Origin: the human T2T-CHM13v2.0 reference genome, Homo sapiens
Reading direction: 5' to 3' (one strand)
Assembly: GCF_009914755.1 (NCBI RefSeq)
Contig: NC_060942.1
DNA: 64,000 nucleotides
Under the pieces are notes generated by a model. It did no database searches. It saw only the letters and a program-made list of their open reading frames with translations, and was not told where the DNA came from. Each line of letters begins with the position of its first letter. The stretch's first letter is position 1. A program made the position numbers and the translations under genes. This document shows, piece by piece, positions 34,971 to 47,269 of this stretch.

Positions 34971-35574
34971 AACCTCTGCTCTGCAAAAGATGCTGTTAAG
35001 AGAATGAAAAGACAAGCGACAGACTAGGAGAAAATATTTATAAAAACACCTAACTGATAAGGGACTGGTATCCAAAACATACAAAGTGTTCTTACAGCTC
35101 AGCAATTAAAAAAAAAAAAAAAAACCCATGCAACCCAATTTAAAAATGGGCAAAAGATCTGAACAGATACCTTACTAAAGAAGATATACAGATGGCAAAT
35201 AAGCATATGAAAAGATGCTCAACATTGTATGTCATTAGGGAATTGCAAATTAAAACAATGAGATACTACTACACAACTATTAGTCTTTTGGATTTTAGAA
35301 AGGCTAAAATCCCAAACACTGACAACACCAAACACTGGTGAGGATGTGGAACAACAGAAATTCATTCACTGCTGGTGGGAATGCAAATGGTATGGCCAGC
35401 TTGGAAGACACTTTGGCAGTTTCTTATAAAACTAAACACACCTAACCATATGTATGATACAGCAATCAGGTTCCTTGTATTTACCTAAATGATTTGAAAA
35501 CTTATGTTCAAACAAAAACCTGCAAACAAATGTTTATTCCTAATTGTTAAAACTTGAAGGCAACCACGATGTCC

Positions 35575-36604
35575 TATCATGGGAACCCGCCCCCCAATAT
35601 TTCAGTGTAGGTTCTATTTTCCTTAAGTGTCGGCCGGTCTGAGAAACAGAAAGAGTACAAAGAGAGGAATTTTACAGCTGGGCCGCCGGGGGTGACATCA
35701 CATATCGGTAGGTCCAGGATGCCCACCTGAACCACAAAACCAGCAGGTTTTTATTAAGGATTTCAAAAGGGGAGCAGGTGTACGAACAGGGAGTAGGTCA
35801 CAAAGATCATATGCTTCAAAGGGCAAAAAGGAGAACAAAGATCACATGCTTCTGAGGCCAATAAAGATCACAAGGCAAAGGACAAAGCAAAGATCACAAG
35901 GCAAAGGGCAAAATCAAAAACTCCTGATAAGGGCCTATGTTCAGCTGTGCACATATTGTCTTGATAAACATCTTAAACAACAGAAAACAGTGTTCAATAG
36001 CAGAGAACTGGTCTGACCTCAAATTTACCAAGAAGCGTTTTTTCCCCACCCTAATAAGCCTGAGGGTACTGCAGGAGACCAGGGGGTATTTCAGTCCTTA
36101 TCTCAACCGCATAAGACAGACACTCCCAGAGCGGCCATTTATAGACCTCCCCCCAGGAATACAATTCTTTTCCTAGGGTCTTAACATTCCTTGCTAGGAA
36201 AAGAATTTAGTGATATCTCTCCTACTTGCATATCCGTTTATAGGCTCTCTGCAAGAAGAAAAATATGGCTCCTACTGCCCGACCCCGCAGGCAGTAAAGA
36301 CCTTATGGTTATCTTCCCTTGTTCCCTAAAAATCGCTGTTATTCTGTTCAAGGTGCACTGATTTCATATTGCTCAAACACACGTTTTACAATCAATTTGT
36401 ACAGTTAACACAATCATCACAGTGGACCTGAGGTGACGTACATCCTCAGCTTACGAAGATAACGGGATTAAGAGATTAAAGTAAGACAGGCGTTAAGAGT
36501 ATTATTAGGGAAGTGATAAATGTCCATGAAATCTTCACAATTTATGTTCCTCTGCCACAGCTCTAGCCGGTCCCTCCATTCAGGGTCCCTGACTTCCCAC
36601 AACA
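35575..36604 (-). mobile_element. Solo MER11 LTR (HERV-K11/HML-8)
   Basis: Minus strand begins TGTTGTGGGAAGTCAGGGACC; internal caaagatcac repeats; 6-bp TSD atgtcc at 35569-35574 and 36605-36610. Confidence 0.9.
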
Positions 36605-37796
36605 ATGTCCTTCAACAGGTGAATGGATAAACAAACTGTGGTGCAGCCATACAATGGAATATTATTCAGCAATAAAAAGAAGTGAGCTATCAAGCCATAA
36701 AAGGAAGGAATCTTAAATGCATGTCGCTAAGTGAAAGAAGCCAGTCTGGAAAGGCCATATACTGTATGATTCCAACTACATGATATCTGGAAAAGGCAAA
36801 GCTATGGAGACAGTAAAAAGATCAGTGCTTGCCAGGGGTTCAGAGACAGGGATAAATAAGTGAATCACAGATGATGTTTAGGGTGGTGAAATTAATCTGC
36901 ATGACACTATAATACTGACATCGGTCATTTGCACATTTGTCAAAACCCATAGAACTATACAATACAATGAATGAACTTGAATGCAAAATATGAACTTCAG
37001 TGAATAATAATATATCAATGTTAGCTCATCAATTGTAACAAATGTACCACACTAATGCAAAATGTTAATAATAGGGGAAACGGACCGGGCAAGGGAGCAC
37101 ATGGTAATACTCCGTACTTTCTGCTCAATTTTTTTGTAAAACCTAAATCTGCTCAAAAACAAAGTTTGTAAATTTTTTCTTTAAAGTCGGATAGTAAAAA
37201 AACACGGGCAGAACCTCAAGGACTAACAAGTTACAGTCATAGGAGAGGACAGAGAATGGATTTAAAAAAACATTTGCAGAAATAATAAAGAAGAAATTTC
37301 CAAATTTGATAAAAAACATAAATTTGTATATTAAAGCTTGGTAAACCTCAACTCTAATAAACACCACACGTAACACTCCACACCCCGTTCTCCTGCAGCT
37401 TGGCACATCATTGTCAAACTTTTGAAATCCAAAGATAACAAAAATATATAAAGCATCCAGAAATAAAAATGACATATTGCACACATGGAAATGACCCCTC
37501 ACTTCTCAGAAACAATAGAGCCTAATTTCATTTGTCTCTCTACAAAGTTCCTTTTATGAACTTCTCCCCTATGTCTCATATTCTAAGAAAGCATTTGATA
37601 GGGCAGTGCTAGTAGTGAAATATGCAATATCTACAAAGGAAAGGGTGTGCATGGGAAAATAAAAACAAAAAAAAACCTCCCCTTTACCTATATTACTTCT
37701 TATTTGATGCTCCCAGACTGTAAAGGTTAGCTCAAGTAAGACCTTAACTGAACTAAAACAATTATTTTGAACAGAGAAAATGTTCTCAATCATATA

Positions 37797-38011
37797 TTTT
37801 TGGTTTGGGTTTTTTTTGTTTGTTTGTTTGGAGGCAGGGTTTCACTCTGTCACCCAGGCTGAAGTGCGGTAGTGTGATCTTGGCTCACTGCAGCCTCAAC
37901 CTCCTGGGCTCAAGCAATCCTCCACCACAGCCTCCCGAGTAGCTGGGACTACAGGCGAGTGCCACCATGCTTGGCTAATTTTTGTATTTTTTGTAGAGAC
38001 TGGGTTTCTCT
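37797..38011 (-). mobile_element. Partial Alu (AluJ type)
   Basis: Right arm plus part of the left arm. Confidence 0.85.
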
Positions 38012-38070
38012 ATTTTAAAAAATAATTTGTTATTATTATTTTAAATCTTCATTTTAACAAATAATCTGGG

Positions 38071-40705
38071 CTCTCCCTCTCCCTCTCCCTCTCCCTCTCC
38101 CTCTCCGTCCCTCCCTCTCCGTCTCCGTCTCCGTCTCCCTCTCCCCACGGTCTCCCTCTCATGCGGAGCCGAAGTTGGACTGTACTGCTGCCATCTCGGC
38201 TCACTGCAACCTCCCTGCCTGATTCTCCTGCCTCAGCCTGCCGAGTGCCTGCGATTGCAGGCACGCGCCGCCACGCCTGACTGGTTTTGGTGGAGACGGG
38301 GTTTCGCTGTGTTGGCCGGACCGGTCTCCAGCCCCTAACCGCGAGTGATCCGCCAACCTCGGCCTCCCGAGGTGCCGGGATTGCAGACGGAGTCTCGTTC
38401 ACTCAGTGCTCAATGGTGCCCAGGCTGGAGTGCAGTGGCGTGATCTCGGCTCACTACAACCTCCACCTCCCAGCCGCCTGCCTTGGCCTCCCAAAGTGCC
38501 GAGATTGCAGCCTCTGCCCGGCCGCCACCCCGTCTGGGAAGTGAGGAGTGTCTCTGCCTGGCCGCCCATCGTCTGGGATGTGAGGAGCCCCTCTGCCCGG
38601 CCGCCCAGTCTGGGAAGTGAGGAGCGTCTCCGCCCGGCCGCCATCCCATCTAGGAAGTGAGGAGCGCCTCTTCCCAGCCGCCATCACATCTAGGAAGTGA
38701 GGAGCGTCTCTGCCCGGCCGCCCATCGTCTGAGATGTGGGGAGCGCCTCTGCCCCACCGCCCCATCTGGGATGTGAGGAGCGCCTCTGCCCGGCCGAGAC
38801 CCCGTCTGGGAGGTGAGGAGCGTCTCTGCCCGGCCGCCCCGTCTGAGAAGTGAGGAGACCCTCTGCCTGGCAACCACCCCGTCTGAGAAGTGAGGAGCCC
38901 CTCCGCCCGGCAGCTGCCCCGTCTGAGAAGTGAGGAGCCTCTCCGCCCAGCAGCCACCCCATCTGGGAAGTGAGGAGCATCTCCGCCCGGCAGCCACCCC
39001 GTCCGGGAGGGAGGTGAGGGGGGGTCAGCCCCCCGCCCGGCCAGCCGCCCCATCCGGGAGGGAGGTGGGGGGTCAGCCCCCCGCCCGGCCAGCCGTGCCA
39101 TCCGGGAGGGAGGTGGGGGGGGTCAGCCCCCCGCCCGGCCAGCCGCCCGGTCCGGGAGGTGAGGGGCGCCTCTGCCCGGCCGCCCCTACTGGGAAGTGAG
39201 GAGCCCCTCTGCCCGGCCAGCCGCCCCGTCCGGGAGGGAGGTGGGGGGGTCAGCCCTCCGCCCGGCCAGCCGCCCCGTCTGGGAGGTGAGGGGCGCCTCT
39301 GCCCGGCCGCCCCTACTGGGAAGTGAGGAGCCCCTCTGCCCGGCCAGCCGCCCCGTCCGGGAGGGAGGTGGGGGGGTCGGCCCCCCGCCCGGCCAGCCGC
39401 CCCGTCCGGGAGGGAGGTGGGGGTGTCGGCCCCCCGCCCGGCCAGCCGCCCCGTCCGGGAGGGAGGTGGGGGGGGTCAGCCCCCCTGCCCGGCCAGCCGC
39501 CCCGTCCGGGAGGTGAGGGGCGCCTCTGCCCGGCCACCCCTACTGGGAAGTGAGGAGCCCCTCTGCCCGGCCAGCCGCCCCGTCCGCGAGGGAGGTGGGG
39601 GGGTCAGCCCCCCGCCCGGCCAGCCGCCCCGTCCGGGAGGGAGGTGGGGGGGGTCAGCCCCCCTGCCCGGCCAGCCGCCCCGTCCGGGAGGGAGGTGGGG
39701 GGGGTCAGCCCCCCTGCCCGGCCAGCCGCCCCGTCCGGGAGGTGAGGGGCGCCTCTGCCCGGCCGCCCCTACTGGGAAGTGAGGAGCCCCTCTGCCCGGC
39801 CAGCTGCCCCGTCCGCGAGGGAGGTGGGGGGGTCAGCCCCCCGCCCGGCCAGCCGCCCCGTCCGGGAGGGAGGTGGGGGGGGTCAGCCCCCCTGCCCGGC
39901 CAGCCGCCCCGTCCGGGAGGTGAGGGGCGCCTCTGCCCGGCCGCCCCTACTGGGAAGTGAGGAGCCCCTCTGCCTGGCCAGCCGCCCCGTCCGGGAGGGA
40001 GGTGGGGGGTCAGCCCCCCGACCGGCCAGCCGCCCCGTCCGGGAGGGAGGTGGGGGGGTCAGCCCCCCGCCCGGCCAGCCGCCCCGCCCAGGAGGTGAGG
40101 GGCGCCTCTGCCCGGCCGCCCCTACTGGGAAGTGAGGAGCCCCTCTGCCCGGCCACCACCCCGTCTGGGAGGTGTGCCCAACAGCTCATTGAGAACGGGC
40201 CAGGATGACAATGGCGGCTTTGTGGAATAGAAAGGCGGGAAAGGTGGGGAAAAGATTGAGAAATCGGATGGTTGCCGTGTCTGTGTAGAAAGAAGTAGAC
40301 ATGGGAGACTTTTCATTTTGTTCTGCACTAAGAAAAATTCCTCTGCCTTGGGATCCTGTTGATCTGTGACCTTACCCCCAACCCTGTGCTCTCTGAAACA
40401 TGTGCTGTGTCCACTCAGGGTTAAATGGATTAAGGGCGGTGCAAGATGTGCTTTGTTAAACAGATGCTTGAAGGCAGCATGCTCGTTAAGAGTCATCACC
40501 AATCCCTAATCTCAAGTAATCAGGGACACAAACACTGCGGAAGGCCGCAGGGTCCTCTGCCTAGGAAAACCAGAGACCTTTGTTCACTTGTTTATCTGCT
40601 GACCTTCCCTCCACTATTGTCCCATGACCCTGCCAAATCCCCCTCTGTGAGAAACACCCAAGAATTATCAATAAAAAAATAAATTAAAAAAAAAAAAAAA
40701 AAAAA
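38071..40705 (+). mobile_element. Full-length SVA, SVA_F type, in ACAA2 intron 1 (antisense to the gene)
   Basis: Hexamer head, Alu-like region, long CpG-rich VNTR, SINE-R with F-type features as I recall them (gggccaggatgac, caagtaatcaggg, aattatcaataaaaaaataaatt), poly(A); perfect 15-bp TSD aacaaataatctggg at 38056-38070 and 40706-40720. Confidence 0.96.
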
Positions 40706-41999
40706 AACAAATAATCTGGGATGTGCAGATAGACTATAAAGGTTTAAAGTTTTTTTTTTTTAATTTCATAAATTGTATACCATGTCAATTTTCATTTGAT
40801 GTCAATTTTATGTGGATACTAAAAGGTCTAAAACTTAACAATCTTTAACACCAAACTGAAATCTCATTTGAACACCCTGAAAATTCAGAGGCTAAAAATT
40901 TCCCAAAACTGAAAGACAGTGAAGAGACCTATTAACCCAGAGTGTAGTGAGTCCAAGTAGCTCCAAGAAAGGCCCTGGAAAGATGTGCTGAGTTGACAAT
41001 ACAGGAAAAGCACCACTAGGAAAGAAACAGGAGCACTACCTTTCTATCACATTGTTAGGTAAATATTCACTTAGAGCAACTTCAGGCAGCAACGAGGGCA
41101 AATTAAGGAAAGCTGCGGTGGCATCCAGTTGTTTCAAGATTAAGGTAATTTAGCAGCCCTGTCTACTTGCCTTGAAAAAATACACAAACATTCCCAACAA
41201 AGCTAGGAGCAGTAGGAGAGCTATGATCTGTCGAGCGAAAACCTCCTGCCAAGTACTGGGATGGGTGCTAATAAAAACCTAGGAGCCGGTTCTTCTTGTT
41301 GACTGAAATCTGACAAATTAATGTTAATCCTTAACAAAATTTAACTCAAATGTGTCCTTTTCCCTATAATCAGTCACATGCTCTTCTTTCTTCCCACCCA
41401 TCCTGCAAACACTTGGTATGCTGCTTGAGAGAAGTTTATCTTTAATGATTCTAGCTGGCCTGTAACATCACTATTTCAAGCTCAAAGCTTGGGTTCTAGT
41501 CACAGCCACTAACTACCTGTGTTATTATACACAACCACTTTACCTCTCTCGACATGAGTGTCCTCCTAATTGCTACAATAAGGAAATGGAAAAAAATACA
41601 ATCACTAGCTCTAACACTACAGTAAATTGTACCAGAAATTTATAAACTTTATACTTCCTTAATACAGGTGTCAATGTGCATTTTTTTCCTTTTTGGGTTT
41701 ATAGTATTTGTGAAATTTTCAAACAGGTCTGTATTATAAGAAAGGGTAAGAACCACTGATAAAATATTAAAATGATATCAGTAAAAATATTATTTCCTTT
41801 TTTAGAAGATAGCTCATGACAATGCACCTTTTAAATGAAGTGTAAATGCCTCGTCTAAAAAAAATTCACCACGCTGCTTTATGAAGTAAATGTAGTAAAT
41901 TCAGTCAGGAAGGGCACTGGCAAATGAAATCCACGTTGCAGGAAACTGTAAACACTGCATTTGGTCCCAGAATACGGATTTTTCCCTTGATTTGTTCCC

Positions 42000-42620
42000 A
42001 TGCCACTTTGGTTCTTCTCACTTTCAGATCCCCCTAACCAATGCTTAGCTGGCATCTCCACTTGGCTGCTTCACAGGCACCAAAAAGTTTTCTGCCTAAA
42101 ACTGAATTCTCAATCCTTCTTTCCACATCTATTCCTTTCCCAATTTTCCTCACTCTGTAAGTGGCATCATCATGAACACGGTTCATCAAACCAGACACTT
42201 TTCATCATTCTCGACATTTCCTTCTTATATTTACTCCACCACATCCAATCCACTTTCTATCAAATCCACCTCCAAATCTATCTCAACTCATCCCTCCCCT
42301 TTTCTCCCCAATTACACTGCCCCACACGAGTCAAAGCCATCATTTGCTGCTCCCTGGACCTCTACAATAGATCCTTAAATGGTCTCTTCGCCATTACACA
42401 GACCGCCCCAAATTCGGACAGAGTGGAAATCAGATCCTGTCATTACCCCGCTTTAAATCCCTGTATTGCCTTCCACTGAATTTGGAACAAAACCCCACCT
42501 TCTTACAGAGCCCACAGGGCCCTGGAGCACCAAAATGCTTGGTTCTTAGATCCTGCCAAGCTTTTTCCTGTCTCAGGGCCTCGATATGTATTCCACCTCA
42601 ATGTTCTTCGACTCGTACAT
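42000..42620 (+). mobile_element. L2 remnant (approximate limits)
   Basis: Pyrimidine-rich L2-like motifs (catctccacttgg, ccacatccaatcc, ctacaatag). Confidence 0.6.
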
Positions 42621-43242
42621 CCTTAAAGTAAGATTCCATTGACTGTGCCCACTTGTTTTGAAAAGGGAGTTTATTACACAGTTGTTTTAAACAAGTTCAT
42701 AACCCTAGAACTTAGGTATAGAGTGACCGCTCTAATCTAAAGCAACAGAAGGGAAATGGGAGCAGGGCAGGTCTTCCAGCAGAACACCAGCTACCATTTC
42801 TGCAGGCCTCTCCATCGATTCACCCGGGGAGCCCTGACCACCGAGGCCGAGCGGCGGGCTCCTGTGCGCAGCTGCCCCGCAGCAGGCGCCCGCGGCCTAT
42901 GGCGCCGCCCCATTTTTTCTAATACTTGGACTCGAACTAGTGGGGTCACTGTTAGGCGAAGAAAGGAATGACCTCCAAGGTCACATGCAAGCAAACTTTG
43001 GTCTCAACTAAACAGGAAATTGCACCGAAATCGCTGTCGCTAGCGCCTTACAAGTAAGGGTTTTCTCCTTAACCCAAACAAGCCTTTCGGGCTGGGTTTT
43101 TATCACGTCCGCTCCAAAACCGAGGAGGTTGAGTGAACTTCACCCCACGACCCCGACTCTCCGCGGCGGCCGGAAGCGGAGGCCTGGCCTGGGGAGGGCA
43201 GAACCCCGAGGGGCGAGGAGAGGAGGAGGGGGCTGCGCTCAC

Positions 43243-43258
43243 CTCGGAGCAGAGCCAT
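43243..43258 (-). CDS. ACAA2: ACAA2 exon 1 coding part (MALLR-G), 16 nt
   Basis: Strong Kozak gccgccATGG; donor G|GTGAGC; joins exon 2 in frame. Confidence 0.96.
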
Positions 43259-43370
43259 GGCGGCTGCTGGGTCGTCGGCGGCGCGGGTCTGTGGTGTGGG
43301 GGACGCTGAGCGGCCGCTCGCAATCACCCAGATTTCAAGAGCGTGGGTGGCGCCCCGAGAGCCACGCCCC

Positions 43371-43387
43371 TGCCCTTTCACCTACTT
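43371..43387 (-). promoter_or_regulatory. DR1/PPRE-like element AAGT-AGGTGA-A-AGGGCA
   Basis: Close match to the PPAR:RXR consensus including the 5' extension, about 115 nt upstream of the ACAA2 ATG. Confidence 0.65.
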
Positions 43388-43796
43388 CCTGGGGCTCCTT
43401 GGCGGGGTCCCAGCGTAAGATGGTCCTACCCCACGCGTAGCGCTGCCCGCCTCACCCCAGCCCGAGGGAGCCCAGGGGACGGGGCTCGGATAGACCACAA
43501 CGCGCCTTGAGAGCGGACTCTTTCCTCACATCCTCATTTTTAGATTTTCTCCGTTTCCAAACCGAGAGAATTTGGTTTGACACCTCTCACCCATCATATC
43601 CTAGCCCCGACAGGCGATGACTCTTCCCCTTTGTCTCCGCCAACACCCTAAACACTGGGCAGGAGCCAAGGGCTGAGGAACTTGGCGCGCGGGCGGCCGC
43701 GGCCGCCAGCTGGGGGCGGGACCGAACGTCCTGTGGGCGGGGCGCGGCGGCGGCGGCGGGATTGGCTGGGGCGGGCGGGTGCGCAGTCCGCTGGGC

Positions 43797-44217
43797 AGAG
43801 GCTTGGGCCGCCGAGCTGGACCCGGACCGGTTTTGGGTACTGTACTGGGGGCAGGGCAGAGAGGTGGGCGGCAGTTGGGGTGCGGTGATTGTAGTAGGCT
43901 AGGGCGCTTTCGGGTCCCCATTGCAGCCCCCGGATGAGCCCGCAGTATTTTCCTTATATGATCAGGTCCCATTGCGGGCGGCGCCGCTTGCCCGGAGCCT
44001 GAGAGGATTATGAAAACGTGGCGAGCGAAATGGGGCCAGGGGACCTGGAGCAGGGGCGTGAGGAGAGTAGGCAGCGGGTGAGGCTGGACGGGAGGGAGGT
44101 CTAGGGAGGCCTCTGCCGCGGGCACTGTGAGTCCTGGCCGATGATGACGAGACCACTGCGCAATCTGAGTTCTGGGAACCAGGTGATGGAGTATGTTCTG
44201 AGAACAGACTGAGGCCG
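43797..44217 (+). ncRNA. SCARNA17: SCARNA17 (mgU12-22/U4-8; 3' domain = U91), tandem box C/D scaRNA, about 421 nt
   Basis: TATTTTCCTTA (43946-43956) plus ATGA box pairs with U12 and targets G22 by the D+5 rule. C box ATGATGA at 44141-44147; CCACTGCGCAA (44153-44163) plus D' CTGA pairs with U4 and targets C8; D box CTGA at 44209-44212; GGCC terminal stem. End coordinates come from the recalled sequence. Confidence 0.93.
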
Positions 44218-44700
44218 GGCAAGCAGGAGGCGGCCGCGGCAGGGGAGAGGCGGAGAGCCCCTCGATACCAGGGCTCGGAGGGCCGGGCTGCCTAGCGAGG
44301 GCTTCTTTTGAGTGCGTAGGGGTGGTGGGTGGCATGGACGGTTTCTCTGAGTCGTCAGCGAATGCCCCCCCTAGAATCCTGCTTTTCAAACACTTTGGTG
44401 ACACTCTTGCAATGTTGGGGTGTTTTTAAATCCAAATTTGTATTATGAAAACTTACAAACTTACAGAAAAGTGGGAAGACTTGTACAGTGGACACATATC
44501 GACCCAATTGTTAACATTTTGCTATATTGCTATCCACCTGTTCTTCCATCAAACCATCTTATCTTTTTAATGCAGACCTTAGTACTCTACACCCATGAAC
44601 ACATCAGCACACATTATTCATTTACAGTTCTTTTTAAGGCAAAATATCCACGCAATCAAATGTACAAATCTTAGACAAGCTTCACAAATGCTCATGTATA

Positions 44701-45002
44701 GGCCGGGCGCCGTGGCTCACGCCTGTAATCCCAGCACTTTGGGAGGCCGAGGTGGGCGGATCACGAGGTCAGGAGATCGAGACCATCCTGGCTAACACGG
44801 TGAAACCTCATCTCTACTAAAAATACAAAAAAATTAGCTGGGCGTGGTGGCGGGCGCCTGTAGTCCCAGCTGCTGGGCAGGCTGAGGCAGGAGAATGGTG
44901 TGAACCTGGGAGGCGGAGCTTGCAGTGAGCCGAGATCGTGCTACTGCGCTCCAGCCTGGGTGACAGAGCAAGACTCCGTCTCAAAAAAAAAAAAAAAAAA
45001 AA
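44701..45002 (+). mobile_element. AluY
   Basis: Y diagnostics; perfect TSD aaatgctcatgtata. Confidence 0.96.
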
Positions 45003-45830
45003 TGCTCATGTATAGAGTGTTCATTTTTGTACACAGTTTTCTATTCAGTTTGCCTCTACATATTTAAGAAAGGTTAAGTATCACAACTTCCCACTGCAGA
45101 TCACCATCAGTAGGTCTTTATAGATGTACTGTGTTTTCTCTAATTGGAAATGTCACTAATGAGTGGATTCTAACACCATTCAGTGAAAGGTTTACATATA
45201 TTAAAACACGTAAATATATGAGAGAATATTGACATAGTCTCCAAGTCTCATGAAGAGGAAAGGGTACCTTTACAATGGATAAATCTTGCGGGTATTACTT
45301 CACCAAATTATGAAGTAATGGTGTCCCATCACCAATAAAGGGACAGACTGACGTCATGCGCTCCCCTTGCTACAGCGACAACACAATCTCACTTGCGTAG
45401 AATTTCTGCTGAAAACATCTGGCCTGAATCTAATTATAAGGAAACAATGAGACAAATCCACATGGAGGTACATTCCACAGAACAACTGACCTGAACTCTT
45501 TAAAAACATCAGTGTGGTGAAAAACAAAAAATGGCTAAAATAGGAATAGTATCACATTAAAGGAGACTAGATATGTGACACATATTGTATGAGATCCTTA
45601 ATTAAAACCTGGGTTAAAAAAATACTCTAAAAGACAGTATTGGGACAACTGGAGAAACATATAAATTATAGATGACATGGTAATATTGACATTAAGTTTC
45701 CTGATCATGATAATTATATTGTAGTTATGTAGAAGATTGTCCTTTGTTCTAAGGAAATACATACTGAAATATATGGGGGTGAAGAATCATGAGCTTGCAG
45801 ATGACTGGAAAAAATGCATTTATATATATA

Positions 45831-46089
45831 CAGTTATGTGTTGCTTAACCACGAGAATCCATCCTGAACGATGTGCTATTAGGCGATTTCGTCATTGTGT
45901 GAACATCATAGATTTCACTTACACAAACCTCAATGGTAGAGCCTACTACACACCTAGGCTATATGGTACAGCCTATTGCTCCTAGGCTACAAACCTGTAT
46001 AGCATTTTACTCTACTGAACACTGTAGGCAGTTGTAGCAAGTAGTAAGCATTTGTGCATCTAAACATAGGAAAGATAGTGCATGACTAT
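45831..46089 (+). mobile_element. Tigger3/MER7-like MITE inside an L1ME-like 3' fragment
   Basis: TA-flanked cagttatgtgttgcttaac...gcatgact termini; ttaggcgatttcgtcattgtg core. Confidence 0.7.
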
Positions 46090-46173
46090 ACACTGGCAGA
46101 GAAAGATAAAGCAAATATGGCCAAATATTACCAACTGGGGAATCCAAATGAAGAATATACAGTTGTTCATTAT

Positions 46174-46601
<428 letters not shown>

Positions 46602-47269
46602 TTCTTCCATTTTTGCAACTTTTCTGTAGGTTTTAACTCTTTCAAAATAGAAGTTGGGATAAAAAATGTCCTTCACGTAAGCTACAAAATTGCTTGAAAC
46701 AAGTTATTTTTGAAAATATTTAGTCCTTTTCAGGTTTACATCATGTTTAAGCAGGTATGTATTCTTGTAATTTTAATATGTATATTAAAATTGTGATAAT
46801 TTTTGTCTAGATGTGGAGTCTTTCATGAGATGTAAAGTTATTGTTCTACTTTTAGACATTTAACTCTCAGTATTTTTATAAATGCAATATTATCATTTCC
46901 TTACTTATTTTCCTATGCTTAAACACAGTTTCTCCTGCTTTCCTATAACACTAAAAATTGACGGTGGCTTAAGCAGCAGTGGCTTTAGAAGTTTCAGTAA
47001 TGGAAACTGGGGAAAGCTGACGAAGTCAGTAGGGCCTAGGACAACTTTTAAAAATGAGTATATGAATCTGAATGAGTGAGATAAGTGAATTTGCTGATCT
47101 TGAGTAGTTTGGAACGTTATGTGTGTGCTCACTGTTAATCTAATTGCTTTGGAAATACTTCAATTTTTGTTAATTAGAACGCAAATGTTGAATGTGGTTT
47201 TATTCTTAAAACAAATACTAACTCTTCAGAAAGTTCAAGTTGCCAAGCAAGAACATCAGATGAATGAAA

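Larger units (their letters stand above)
42820..44360. promoter_or_regulatory. CpG island and bidirectional promoter shared by ACAA2 (-) and SCARNA17/SNHG22 (+)
   Basis: High GC and CpG density; GC boxes at 43712-43720, 43735-43743 and 43768-43779; inverted CCAAT (ATTGG) at 43761-43765; no TATA box. Confidence 0.9.

Noticed and set aside
38990-40170. Regularly spaced repeats resembling a CRISPR array
   Set aside because: This is SVA VNTR with no unique spacers or cas genes, in a human context.
38049-40682. Many overlapping repetitive Pro/Gly/Arg ORFs (also 26279-28004)
   Set aside because: They are translations of SVA VNTR, Alu-like and SINE-R sequence.
42000-42479. 159-aa ORF on the plus strand
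   Set aside because: It lies within an L2 remnant and has no coding hallmarks.
43601-44404. 267-aa proline-rich ORF on the minus strand
   Set aside because: It starts at a non-ATG codon, lies in a GC-rich CpG island antisense to SCARNA17 and has no recognisable domain; stop-codon scarcity explains it.
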